A DNA stretch of 64,000 nucleotides from positions 64,001-128,000 of the forward strand of contig CBDFLJ010000002.1 of assembly GCA_965248835.1 (NCBI GenBank). Reading direction: 5' to 3'. Below, one piece after another: positions 27,878 through 37,507 of this stretch (positions are counted from its first letter, which is position 1; the number at the start of each line of letters is the position of its first letter). Source of the stretch: Alphaproteobacteria bacterium (GTDB lineage: Bacteria > Pseudomonadota > Alphaproteobacteria > MPNO01). The translations under genes were made by a program, and so were the position numbers. Below the pieces are notes generated by a model. It was not told the DNA's origin. It ran no database searches and saw only the letters and a program-made list of their open reading frames with translations.

Positions 27878-28615
27878 ATGGCCGAAATCGGAACCACCAC
27901 GAAAGCGCGGCCGGCCAACTTCGAGATCAACCATACCGCGCCAAGGATCATCGACATCAGCCTCGATCTCGATGCCGAGACCTTTCACATGCGCTCCTAC
28001 GCCGGGTTCAAGAAGAACATGGAGTTCGAGGTCGAGGTAATCAAAGACTATCCCGGCGGGCTCGGCCAGATCGTGCGCGGTGTGCACATGCGGCTGCACG
28101 CGGGCAGCCACGTCGATGCCCCTTCGCATATGCTGCAAGGCGGCATCGACATCCACGAGGTGCCGCTGGCGGCCTTCATGGGCGATGCCGTGCTGGCCGA
28201 CGTCCGCCACCGCGGCAGGCAGGAAGCGATCACCGTCGCCGACCTCGAAGCAACGGCGGGCGGCATGCGGCCGGGGGACCGGGTGCTGCTGCGCACCGAC
28301 GTCAACGAGACCTATGACGGCTCGCCGGAATGGATCGAGCGGTCGCCCTATTTAGACGGACCTGCGGTCGACTGGCTCGCCGCGCGCGGCGCCTCGCTGA
28401 TCGGGTTCGACTTCTACCACGCCAACTGTGCGCCCGGCGTCCCGCAGGACTACAGCACCTCGCGCCACGCCGCGGAAGCCGGAATGCTGACCATGCCCTA
28501 TATCCGCAATCTCGGTGCCATCACCAAGCCGCGCTTCACTCTGATCGCGCTGCCGCTCAAGGTGATCAACGTCGAAGCCTCGCCGGTCCGCGCGATCGTG
28601 ATCGAAGGCGATTAG
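27878..28615 (+). CDS. Cyclase family metal-dependent hydrolase (kynurenine formamidase-like)
   Basis: HAGSHVDAPSH motif; C-terminal LPLK....EASPVRA. Confidence 0.85.
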   Translation: MAEIGTTTKARPANFEINHTAPRIIDISLDLDAETFHMRSYAGFKKNMEFEVEVIKDYPGGLGQIVRGVHMRLHAGSHVDAPSHMLQGGIDIHEVPLAAFMGDAVLADVRHRGRQEAITVADLEATAGGMRPGDRVLLRTDVNETYDGSPEWIERSPYLDGPAVDWLAARGASLIGFDFYHANCAPGVPQDYSTSRHAAEAGMLTMPYIRNLGAITKPRFTLIALPLKVINVEASPVRAIVIEGD

Positions 28616-28652
28616 CGGACGTCCCAATCGGATCGAGCAGGCCCGGCCCGCT

Positions 28653-29387
28653 TCAGGCGTCCGAAGCGCCGAACAGCGCCCGGGCGGCGGCGAGGTCCTC
28701 GTGGGTGTCGATCTCCGCCCAGCGCAGCCCTTCGATCGAGAACCAGGTGACCGCTCCGGTTCCGGCGAGATCATGGACCGGCTTGAGGAACCAGGACTTG
28801 AGTCCGCCGGGCGCGCGCATCGCATCCTCCAGCGCATCGACGTAGAGGCCCGGCCCCTTGCCCCGGAAAGACAGCAGGCCGATCGATTCGCCGCCGACGC
28901 GCTCCGGTGGCAGCCCCTTGCCGACGGCGATTACTCGCTCGCCGTCGAGTTCGACCTTCATGTCATCGGCGTCGTAGTCCGCCTTGCGGTCGATGGTCAC
29001 CGCGATCGGGCCGGCGGCGCTCGACAGGACCTTGTCGAGCAGGTCGTGCGAAAACACCGTATCGCCGTTGAGGATCATGAAATCCCCGGTCATGTGAGCG
29101 CGGGTCATCCAACAGCTCGCGAGGTTGTCCGCAACGTGGAAGAACGGGTTATAGAGGTTCTCGACCCGGACGCCGTTGGCGGGGAAATCCTGAATCACCG
29201 CCTCGACCTGACGGGTTTTGAACCCGCTGACGACGACGATGTCCTCGATGCCGCAATCGCGCAGGACGCCGAGCTGATGCTCGAGAACCGACTTGCCGGA
29301 AACCACCGGCAGAAGACATTTGGGCGCGTCCTTGGTGAGCGGCAGGAGGCGCGAGCCGCGCCCGGCAGCGAGGATGATGACCTTCAT
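28653..29387 (-). CDS. Phosphocholine/sugar-phosphate cytidylyltransferase-family NTP transferase (CpgD-like, sphingolipid head group)
   Basis: MKVIILAAGRGSRL.PLT...PKCL, NGDT, EIDTHEDL; ATGA overlap with the HAD gene. Confidence 0.85.
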   Translation of the reverse strand: MKVIILAAGRGSRLLPLTKDAPKCLLPVVSGKSVLEHQLGVLRDCGIEDIVVVSGFKTRQVEAVIQDFPANGVRVENLYNPFFHVADNLASCWMTRAHMTGDFMILNGDTVFSHDLLDKVLSSAAGPIAVTIDRKADYDADDMKVELDGERVIAVGKGLPPERVGGESIGLLSFRGKGPGLYVDALEDAMRAPGGLKSWFLKPVHDLAGTGAVTWFSIEGLRWAEIDTHEDLAAARALFGASDA

Positions 29388-30094
29388 CGCGCGTCGTGGC
29401 CGCGCATAAGCTGCGCACTCTGCCAATCGGCGATCTCGATGCCGCGGGCCGGAGCCCGGCCGCGCAGGCCCCGCCCGGGGTGGACGGCGACGCCGTGGTC
29501 GGCCCATTCGAGCAGCGCAAGATCGGACACGTCATCGGAATAGGCGACGATCCGGCGGTCTCCGCGCTTGCCCGCGAGCGCCGCCTCCAGGGCCGCGAGC
29601 TTGACCGGGCCGTAGCAGTTCCCACCCGCGATGCGCAGCTTGCCCGCCGACCATGACGAGCGGGTGCAGACCACGGTATCGATGCCCAGCGCAGCCGCGA
29701 CCGGCTCGGCGTAAAGGTCGAGCGAGGCCGTCGCCAGCACCAGGCGATCGCCCGCGCGGCGGTGCCGATCGATGGTCGCGACCGCGCCCGGACGCAGGCC
29801 GCAAGCGAGGATTCGCTCGGCAAACACGCCGGCGAAGGCGGCGATTCGGGCGCGGTCGAGGCCGCCAGCCGCAACGCCGAGCCCGACGTCCTTGAGGCGC
29901 TTGCGATCGATGAGGCCGAGTGCGCAGCCGAGATAGGCCGTCGCCAGCACCAACGCCGCAGGCCAGCGCGCCGGCCGGCGGCGCAGGATGGACCACAGGA
30001 ATGGCGTCCACGTCCCGCGGCGCGTCAGCGTCCGATCGAGATCGAAGATCGCGATCGTCCGGCACCCCGACGTGTTCGACACGGCATCCAGCAT
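29384..30094 (-). CDS. HAD-IB family phosphatase
   Basis: IFDLDRT (motif I), LATAS (II), NCYG..K (III), YSDDVSD (IV). Confidence 0.87.
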   Translation of the reverse strand: MLDAVSNTSGCRTIAIFDLDRTLTRRGTWTPFLWSILRRRPARWPAALVLATAYLGCALGLIDRKRLKDVGLGVAAGGLDRARIAAFAGVFAERILACGLRPGAVATIDRHRRAGDRLVLATASLDLYAEPVAAALGIDTVVCTRSSWSAGKLRIAGGNCYGPVKLAALEAALAGKRGDRRIVAYSDDVSDLALLEWADHGVAVHPGRGLRGRAPARGIEIADWQSAQLMRGHDAR

Positions 30095-31329
30095 CAGGCC
30101 GTCCCGGTCCCGTCGGCCGCTTCGGCCAGCCAGGAAACGACGCCGCGCCCTCGCCGGCGGGCGGCAAAGGCCTGGCCCAGCCGAGCCAGATGGAAGCCCA
30201 GGCAGATCACCGTCCAGACGGCGACGGCGTAGAAACCGAGCTCGGGCCGGCCGAACACGACCGCGATGCTCAACAGCGCGAGGTTCGGGTTGCGCCGCGC
30301 GGTCACCTGGCGGACCAATGAATCGATCGGCCGCCAGATGTGAATCTGGATCGCGAACACCTTCAGGAAGACCATTTCGATGAGGCGCCCGGCGAGATAG
30401 CCGGCCAGGATGATCCACATCGCTGCCTCCAGCGTGGCGCCGGCGGCCGTGCCGCCCAGCCCCCACCACCAGGCGGCCCACCAGAATGGCGGGTGGATCA
30501 GGTCGATCCCGTGGTCGAAGACGTTGCCCCATTTCGACGCGCTGTGGGTCACCCGCGCGAGCTTGCCATCGACCGTATCGAGAAAGGTCATCGTCCAGCC
30601 GACCAGGAGGCCGGCCGCGAACAGCCCGCCGGCGAACAGCGCTGTCGCGACCAGCACCAGCACGAGGCTCGTCGCGGTGACGGTGTTGGGCGTGATGCGG
30701 CGCTCGGCCGCCCAGCGCGTCGCCGCGCGGGCGGGGTAAGGCCAGAGCCACTTGGTCACGAAATCGGTCACGCCCTTGTAGGAGGCTCCGAACGTCCGCC
30801 GCTCCACCTCGTCCAGCGGCGTTTCGAGCAGCGAGCCGACATAAGGCGGCTCACGCTTGCGCAGCGCCCTGTTGTAGACGGTCCCGATCGATCCCGCTTC
30901 GAGGATTTCGAGGCCGAGTTCGGCCACTGCCGCGGCGTCGGCGGCGTTGCGCCCAATCGCATCGGCGATGCGCAGACACGCGTCGGGCGGCGCGCCCGGG
31001 CCGAGATGGGCCAGCACGATGCGTTCGCACGTCCCCTCGGCGCCCGGGGCCACCAGCAGCACGCCCGGGCGCCGCGCCAGATCCGCTGCCAGCCCGGCGT
31101 CGAGGACCCAGTCGGCGCCGACGAAGATCAACCCGGTGTGCGCGGTCTCGGGCGCCGTCGTCGCGGCCGGCATGACGCCCGCCATGCGAAAGGTTCGGTA
31201 GAGCCGCTCCTCGGCGTCCATTCCCCACAGCCTGACATGGCACGACCCGACCACGCGCAGGCGCGGCGGGCCGCATCCGAGTGCGACGGCGCCAGGCGCG
31301 CGCTCGTCTTCGGTCGCCAAGCTGTCCAT
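30094..31329 (-). CDS. cpgA: CDP-alcohol phosphatidyltransferase with N-terminal extension (CpgA-like)
   Basis: SYKGVTDFVTK, ITPN.VT, DTVDGKLAR...G..FDHGID signature, TARRNPN; sphingolipid-locus context. Confidence 0.8.
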   Translation of the reverse strand: MDSLATEDERAPGAVALGCGPPRLRVVGSCHVRLWGMDAEERLYRTFRMAGVMPAATTAPETAHTGLIFVGADWVLDAGLAADLARRPGVLLVAPGAEGTCERIVLAHLGPGAPPDACLRIADAIGRNAADAAAVAELGLEILEAGSIGTVYNRALRKREPPYVGSLLETPLDEVERRTFGASYKGVTDFVTKWLWPYPARAATRWAAERRITPNTVTATSLVLVLVATALFAGGLFAAGLLVGWTMTFLDTVDGKLARVTHSASKWGNVFDHGIDLIHPPFWWAAWWWGLGGTAAGATLEAAMWIILAGYLAGRLIEMVFLKVFAIQIHIWRPIDSLVRQVTARRNPNLALLSIAVVFGRPELGFYAVAVWTVICLGFHLARLGQAFAARRRGRGVVSWLAEAADGTGTA

Positions 31330-31497
31330 TCTTGCGTGCAAGGCCCCTCTCGCAACGGCGCGCCCACCGGCGGGCGCGCACCGGTCATAGACTCGATCAT
31401 CCGACACGGATCGCCGATAGATCCCAGCCACGACAGCAGGTGTCAAGGCTTCTGCAGCGGTTATACTGCCCTGACGGACCAGCCGAAAGGAACGCCG

Positions 31498-31944
31498 ATG
31501 AGCGACGACAACGCGATCAACGGGACAATGGTGAGGTTCGGCTACCCGGACACGCTGATCGCCGAATACGACCACTGGGCGGTCCTGCTTCGCCCGGCCC
31601 AGGTGACCTTCGGGGCGCTGGTGCTGGCGGCCAAGGGGCCGGCGACCGCGTTCTCCGGCCTTCCGGGGCCGGCCTTCGCCGAGATGGAGGTGGTGAGCAA
31701 AGCGATCGAGCGTGGGCTGGCGGCTTCGGTCTCCTACGAGAAGATCAACTACCTGATGCTGATGATGGTCGATCCGCACGTCCATTTTCACGTGCTGCCG
31801 CGCTACGAGGGCGAGCGGTCGTTCGCCGGCACCGTGTTCCCGGACCTCGGTTGGCCGGCGGCGCCGCGTCTGGATCAGGCGCCGGAATTGACCGACTCGG
31901 CGGCGCTCCGGGACCACTTGAAAGCAGCTTGGCCGAGCGTGTGA
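31498..31944 (+). CDS. HIT family hydrolase
   Basis: HVHFH triad and KINYLMLMMVDP; RBS AAAGGA. Confidence 0.87.
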   Translation: MSDDNAINGTMVRFGYPDTLIAEYDHWAVLLRPAQVTFGALVLAAKGPATAFSGLPGPAFAEMEVVSKAIERGLAASVSYEKINYLMLMMVDPHVHFHVLPRYEGERSFAGTVFPDLGWPAAPRLDQAPELTDSAALRDHLKAAWPSV

Positions 31945-31954
31945 GGAGGCGCGT

Positions 31955-32773
31955 TCAAGGCGTCGCCGGCACCTCGGCGCGGACGATGCGCCGCACCAGC
32001 GCGAGATCCGCCGGCTTATCGACATCGATCGCCGCTTCCGCTTGCGGCATGAGCACAGGGGCGACGCGCGCGCCGAGTCGGCGCGAGGCTATCTGCATGG
32101 CCTGGTCCAGCGTCAGCAGCCCCAGCGCGGACAGGGCAAAAGGTACCGGGCCGAAGGCGCGAAACAGCCGGTAGGGCGATTTGCGGTGCTTTTCGGTGTG
32201 GCTCCAGAAGGCCACCACGCGGAGCGCCGCCCGTGCGCGCAGCGCGAACAGATTGCAGCCGGAATAGGTGCCGCCGCGAAAGCGCAGATAGGTGCGCTGC
32301 GCCTCGGGAAAGCGGCTGCGGACGGTCTCGGCGCGGGCGAGCCCGACGGTGAGATCCGCCGCGTTCGCCTCGGTCTCGGCGCAGAAATGCCGCACCATCG
32401 CCGGACTCAGCAGCGCATGGTCCCCGGTGGTCACCAGAACCGGAAAGACCGACTCGTCGGTCTTTCCGGCGAGTTCCCGCGAGACGCTTTGCGGTGCGTT
32501 CCGCCCCGAAGGAACCAGGCGTACCGCGCCCGAGGCGACCAGCGCCTCCAGGGCAGGCTCGTTGCGGAGCAAAGCGGAATCGTCGGTCGAGACCAGGATC
32601 GATTCGACCTTTCCGCTTGCGACCAGGGCATCGATGACGCGCACGAGCATGGGCGTGCCGCCGATATCAGCGAGGCACTTGTTGCGCACCCCGGCCGCAC
32701 GGGCCACCGGATCGTCGGCCGTGCGCCGCGCGGCGAGCACCAGCGCCGTGTAGCGGGCGCCGCCGCTGCTCAC
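31955..32773 (-). CDS. MobA-like nucleotidyltransferase
   Basis: ALVLAARR..DP, NKCL..IGG.PML, TTGDHALL, SGCNLF, AIDVDKPAD; GTGA overlap with the bCerS stop. Confidence 0.82.
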   Translation of the reverse strand: MSSGGARYTALVLAARRTADDPVARAAGVRNKCLADIGGTPMLVRVIDALVASGKVESILVSTDDSALLRNEPALEALVASGAVRLVPSGRNAPQSVSRELAGKTDESVFPVLVTTGDHALLSPAMVRHFCAETEANAADLTVGLARAETVRSRFPEAQRTYLRFRGGTYSGCNLFALRARAALRVVAFWSHTEKHRKSPYRLFRAFGPVPFALSALGLLTLDQAMQIASRRLGARVAPVLMPQAEAAIDVDKPADLALVRRIVRAEVPATP

Positions 32774-33963
32774 AGGTCCCTCGCGTAGATGCGGTAGGTC
32801 TTGTAGGGCACCGCGCCGATCCGCTCGAGGATCCGCACGAGTCTGGTGTTGTTCTCGAGCACCCAGGACAGCTCGGCGGAGACCACGCCGCGGCGGCGAT
32901 AGGCGAGTTGGACGGCCTCCATCGCGGCGAAGCTCAGCCCGGCTCCGGTCAAGGTGGAGTGCAGTCGGCGCCGGAGGCCCATCAGAGGCATGCGTCCCGA
33001 CCTGATGCGGTGGAATTTCAGCCGATACATGAGCCGCGCCCAGCCAAAAGGCAGCAGCCGGCCGTCGAGGTCCCGGATCGCCTCGTTGAGGTTGGGCAGC
33101 CCGAAGGCAAACGCGGCCGGCTCGCCGTCGAGCTCCGCGATGCACACCGAGTCCTCATGGATGAGCGGTTTAAGCTCGCGCGCGGCATGGGTGATCTCCT
33201 CCTCGGAGAACGGGATGAAACCCCAATTGCCCGACCACGCGTCGTTGAAAATGTCGAGGATGCAGCGGATATCTTCCACCAGGCTCGACCACCGCAAGCC
33301 GCGCATGCGGACCGCCGGGTTCTGCCGCACACGATCGACCATGCGGCGGACTCCTTCAGGGAACGCCTCCTTGGCCATGTCGAAACGGTAGGCGATCATG
33401 TCGACCGCCTTGGCATAGCCGCAAGCCTCGACCAGACGCGGATAGCAGGGCCGGCCGTGCGGCATCATGATCGAGGGCGGCGTGCCGAACCCCTTCGTCA
33501 GCAGGCCGCACTCCTCGTTGATCGAGAAGTTGAACGGCCCCAGCGCGCGCCGCATTCCGCGCGCCCGGAGCCATTTCTCCGCGGTCTCCAGCAGGGCAGC
33601 CACGACCGCCTCCGACTCCACCGCCTCGAGGAAGCCGAAATGACCCGCGCCATCGTCGTAGCGCGCGAGATGGGCGTGGTTGACTTGGGCGCTGATCCGC
33701 CCGACCGGCCGGCCCTCCATGCGCGCCAGCCAGAGCTGGCTGTCCATCGTCCTGAGCGATGGGTTGACCGCGGGGTCGAGATGGCGCCGACGCTCGCGCA
33801 GCAGCGGCGGCACCCACGCCGGGTCGTCTTCATACAGCGCCCACGGCAGGCGGATGAACGCCTCGCGTTCGGCCCCCGTCCTGACCGGAAAGACCTCTAC
33901 GCCGGCGACCTGTCCCGAATCGCGTGGCGGGGCTGCGAAGGCGTTAGAGGACAGCGACGTCAT
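32770..33963 (-). CDS. bcerS: Bacterial ceramide synthase (GNAT fold)
   Basis: WVPPL, GRISAQ, GHFGFLE, GPFNFSINEECGLL, FNDAW..NWGF.P, SWVLE.N; co-located with spt. Confidence 0.82.
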   Translation of the reverse strand: MTSLSSNAFAAPPRDSGQVAGVEVFPVRTGAEREAFIRLPWALYEDDPAWVPPLLRERRRHLDPAVNPSLRTMDSQLWLARMEGRPVGRISAQVNHAHLARYDDGAGHFGFLEAVESEAVVAALLETAEKWLRARGMRRALGPFNFSINEECGLLTKGFGTPPSIMMPHGRPCYPRLVEACGYAKAVDMIAYRFDMAKEAFPEGVRRMVDRVRQNPAVRMRGLRWSSLVEDIRCILDIFNDAWSGNWGFIPFSEEEITHAARELKPLIHEDSVCIAELDGEPAAFAFGLPNLNEAIRDLDGRLLPFGWARLMYRLKFHRIRSGRMPLMGLRRRLHSTLTGAGLSFAAMEAVQLAYRRRGVVSAELSWVLENNTRLVRILERIGAVPYKTYRIYARDL

Positions 33964-34699
33964 CCTTCCGTCCGGCCGTTGTGCTCAGCGCCGCAACCCA
34001 GGGGAACCGCGCTGCCTCCTCGGCGGTGTAGCCCAGGTCGTGGACCGTCGCACTTCGCGGCACCTCGGGAATCCTTCCGTAAAACGTCGCGAACGCCTTG
34101 TCCCAGAAGAAGTTGGTGATGCCGTAGTTGCCGTGCTCGTTGTGATAGTGATGGGCAAGATGCAAGCGTTTGATGCGCAGCAGGAACCGCGAGCGGGGCC
34201 GGAAGGCGAGGTGCTGGATGCAATGGCAGAACTCGTAGAAACAGGTGGTCAGGATGCCCGCCCCGACCGCTGCGGCAGCGCCGGCCGGCCCGGCGATCGC
34301 CCAACCCAGCGGCCCGGTCGCCAGCACGATCGTCGGCAGAGTGGTATGGAGCCCGCCGAACAGGACGGCGAGGTCATTGGGGTCCTGATGATGGTCGTAG
34401 TGGATGCGCTTCCACAGCGCGGCGGTGCGCGGCGACTTGTAGAGCCGTCGGCTGTGCAGCAGGAAACGGTGGAGCAGATACCAGACCAGCGGATAGATCG
34501 CAGCCGAGACCAGTGCGGCCAGCGCGGTGCGAAGCGGCGGGCCCTGCCACATCCCCGCGATCACGAGCGCGACCACGATGAGCGCGATATAGACCTGGAT
34601 CGCCGGATAGGTGAAATAGGCCCGCACCAAGTCTTTCAGCGACATCCGGTCGAGCAGGTGCTCCTGACGCTTCCAGGCGTTGTACCCCAAGACGATCAA
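33944..34699 (-). CDS. Fatty acid hydroxylase/sterol desaturase family di-iron membrane enzyme
   Basis: His boxes HRFLLH, HYDHH, HCIQH and HLAHH; TTG start behind GAGGT. Confidence 0.85.
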   Translation of the reverse strand: MIVLGYNAWKRQEHLLDRMSLKDLVRAYFTYPAIQVYIALIVVALVIAGMWQGPPLRTALAALVSAAIYPLVWYLLHRFLLHSRRLYKSPRTAALWKRIHYDHHQDPNDLAVLFGGLHTTLPTIVLATGPLGWAIAGPAGAAAAVGAGILTTCFYEFCHCIQHLAFRPRSRFLLRIKRLHLAHHYHNEHGNYGITNFFWDKAFATFYGRIPEVPRSATVHDLGYTAEEAARFPWVAALSTTAGRKDDVAVL

Positions 34700-34858
34700 C
34701 GGGCCTACCTCTCCGCGCGCCTCGCGCACCCTCCGCGCATCCCGGCGACAACAGCGCACTATTATAGTAATTCTGCGGGCATTGGTACCGCTGCTATAGT
34801 GCCGACGCAGACGTGACATCGGCCAGTCGATGACGTTGGATCGCCGAAGGAAGCGGCC

Positions 34859-36019
34859 GTGAAGGTCGTCGACCGCTACATACTGCTCCGCATCCTCGGT
34901 TACGCAGGCGCCTTCGCGGGTGTCGCCCTGCTCATCCTGCTGCTCGAGCGCATGCTGCGTCTGATGGAGCTGACGGCGAGCTACCAGGGAACGCTCGGGC
35001 ACATGGCGCGGATGATGCTCAGCCTCATTCCTCATTATCTCGAGATCGCCCTGCCGTCGGCGTTCTTCCTCGCGGTTCTGCTGAGCGTCCACCACCTTAG
35101 CGAGAACGGTGAACTCATGGCGCTGCAGGGCGCGGGCGTCGGACTGCCGCGGCTGTTGGTGCCGGTCACGGTCATGGGCGTCGGACTGGCTGCGCTCGCG
35201 TTCTTGATCATCGCCTACATTCAGCCACATGCCCGCTATGCCTATCGCGGCCTGGTCCATCAGATCGCCCACCAGTCGCTCGCCGCAATCGTCCGCGAGG
35301 GCACGTTCGTGACCGTCGACAACCATACTTTCATTGCCAGGCGGCACGCCCCGGAAAGCGGTGCTCTCCAGCAGGTATTCGTCTACACGCAGGAGGGCGA
35401 GGGACGCACCGCGGTGACCACGGCAAACCGCGGCGTGCTGCGGCGTGCACGGGACGGCGACGGCTCCGTGCTTGCGTTGGGCGGCGGGGCGCGGACGTTC
35501 TTCGGCAAAAACGGGGCGATCTCCGGCAACCTTGCCTTTGACGTCTATCGTTGGAACCTCGGCGCCGAGGCCAACGGGGGGTTCCGGGCGCGCGGCAAGG
35601 ATGTCCGCGAGATGACCCTTTCGGAGCTGTCGAAGGCGCGCGCCGGGCCATCGGAAAGGATATCCCCGGCGCGGATCTCCTCGGAGTTCAACCGCCGCCT
35701 GGTCGCGGTGCTGACCATCCTGCTGCTGCCGCTGGTCGCCATCCCGTTCGGGTTGAGCGCCGGACGCATGGGACGGTCTGCCGGCGTCGTCGCCGGACTG
35801 GTCGTGCTGGTCGTCTACGAGAAGTCGATCAAGCTCGGCGCATCGCTCGCGGGCGCGGGCGCGATCCCCGCCTGGATCGGGACATGGCTGCCGTTCGCCT
35901 GTCTGGCGCTGCTCGGCACGGTATTGTTCGCGCGCGCTGCCTACAGCGTCAGCGCGCCGCCGCTGGCCGTCCTTTCCAGATCTTTCGAAGATCTGCTCCG
36001 CCGGCTTCCGCGCACCTGA
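34859..36019 (+). CDS. lptF: LptF-like permease (YjgP/YjgQ family)
   Basis: DRYI start, L.ENGELMAL...G.G..RL, periplasmic beta domain, three C-terminal TMs. Confidence 0.85.
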   Translation: MKVVDRYILLRILGYAGAFAGVALLILLLERMLRLMELTASYQGTLGHMARMMLSLIPHYLEIALPSAFFLAVLLSVHHLSENGELMALQGAGVGLPRLLVPVTVMGVGLAALAFLIIAYIQPHARYAYRGLVHQIAHQSLAAIVREGTFVTVDNHTFIARRHAPESGALQQVFVYTQEGEGRTAVTTANRGVLRRARDGDGSVLALGGGARTFFGKNGAISGNLAFDVYRWNLGAEANGGFRARGKDVREMTLSELSKARAGPSERISPARISSEFNRRLVAVLTILLLPLVAIPFGLSAGRMGRSAGVVAGLVVLVVYEKSIKLGASLAGAGAIPAWIGTWLPFACLALLGTVLFARAAYSVSAPPLAVLSRSFEDLLRRLPRT

Positions 36020-36030
36020 CCGGCCGGCCG

Positions 36031-37098
36031 ATGTCGATGCTGCAGCGATATTTGGCCGGATTGTTGCTGTCGCGCTGGCTGATAATCGTCTTCGCGCTCG
36101 TGGCGCTGGTCATGATGCTCGACCTGATGGCCAATGGCGAGGATGTCGTGGCCGCCGACGGCGCCCGCCTGGAGTCGCTGCTGCGCTACATGGCGCTCAG
36201 GGCGGCGATCATCTTCGCGCGCATCTTCCCGTTCTCGCTGCTGCTGGCCGCGCTGATCACGCTGGTCGGCCTGACGCTGCGCCGCGAGCTGGTGGCGATG
36301 ATGGCCGCCGGGGTCTCGCAACGCGGCCTGCTGGTCGCCATCGCCCCGGTCGCCGTGTTGCTCGCGGCCGTCGGGTTCGTCGTCGCCGATCAACTCTCGA
36401 CCCGCGCCACCGAAGCGTTGCGGGCCTGGGGGGTAGGTGATTACGCACGCGGCGGCGAAGGTAGCCCTGACCGCCCGCTCTGGCTCCACGCCGGTGCCGA
36501 CATCATCCGGATCGGGTTCGCGCGCGCGCCCGGTGTTCTGGAGGATGTCTCGGTTTTCGAGCGCGACGCCGCCGGTGGGCTCGTCGCCAGGCTCGACGCC
36601 CCCCGCGCGGTGCACGAGGACGGCACATGGTGGCTGGAGGACGTCGACCGGCGCGATGTCGCGACCACAGGCATCACCCGCGCCGAGCGGATACGCTGGT
36701 CGGTCCCGCTCGCGCCCGGACACATCGCCGCGCTTGTGACCAACCCGCGGGAGCTCACCCTCGCGGCGCTGAAGGACATCTCGCAGCGCCCGGGCCTCGG
36801 CGCTTACCCGGCCTACGTTTATGACCTGCGGCTGCAACGGAAGTTCGCCGAGCCGGCGGCGATCATCGTCATCTTCCTTTTCACCATCCCGTTGGTCCAG
36901 CGCTACCGGAGGCCCAGCGGCGGCGCGGTGGTCGTCGGCATCGGCCTGTTATGCGGGTTCATATTCTTCGCCGTCGATGGTTTCCTGGTCGGCATGGGCG
37001 AGGCGGGGCTGCTGCCGCCGTCGGTCGCAGCGTGGTCCGCGACTGTCCTCTGCGCGCTCATCGGGCTTAGCGTCCTGGCCAGCCAGGAGGTCCGCTAG
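36031..37098 (+). CDS. lptG: LptG-like permease (YjgP/YjgQ family)
   Basis: LQRYL, RELVAMMAAGVS, GEAGLLPP.VAAW. Confidence 0.85.
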   Translation: MSMLQRYLAGLLLSRWLIIVFALVALVMMLDLMANGEDVVAADGARLESLLRYMALRAAIIFARIFPFSLLLAALITLVGLTLRRELVAMMAAGVSQRGLLVAIAPVAVLLAAVGFVVADQLSTRATEALRAWGVGDYARGGEGSPDRPLWLHAGADIIRIGFARAPGVLEDVSVFERDAAGGLVARLDAPRAVHEDGTWWLEDVDRRDVATTGITRAERIRWSVPLAPGHIAALVTNPRELTLAALKDISQRPGLGAYPAYVYDLRLQRKFAEPAAIIVIFLFTIPLVQRYRRPSGGAVVVGIGLLCGFIFFAVDGFLVGMGEAGLLPPSVAAWSATVLCALIGLSVLASQEVR

Positions 37099-37152
37099 AC
37101 CGGCCGGCGACGCAATGCGCGCGTCGAACGTGCTTCATCGAGGAGGTAAGCT

Positions 37153-37443
37153 ATGGCTCGTATCGCCATCCACCCGGACGGGACTCCGCGTGAAGACCTG
37201 GGAGTGCTCGAGATGAGCGCCGCTGAAACGGCTCGGCAAATCAAAGTCCCGATAAACCGAACCGCCGAGACCCTCAAAGGCTGCCGCGCCGTCATCGGCG
37301 ACACGGCGCCGCGTTTGGGACGCAATTTCGGGACTCCCGATGAGTTTGGGCTCGATCTCCAAAAACTCTACGAATTGCGCCTTACAGAGCAGAAAAACGG
37401 CGCGGAGATTGCCCGTTTGCCTTCTTTGCACACTGCGTCGTGA
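37153..37443 (+). CDS. higA: Orphan, degenerate HigA-family antitoxin
   Basis: Resembles HigA (IHPGE..., VP.NR, TA.RL...FGT..EFW..LQ..Y.L) with several conserved positions substituted; RBS GGAGGT; no toxin gene. Confidence 0.7.
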   Translation: MARIAIHPDGTPREDLGVLEMSAAETARQIKVPINRTAETLKGCRAVIGDTAPRLGRNFGTPDEFGLDLQKLYELRLTEQKNGAEIARLPSLHTAS

Positions 37444-37507
37444 ACCTGCGCCTTGCCCGACGTTCGTGTCCTGCCGCGGCACAAGCTGTATACGCAGACC
37501 ACCACGC

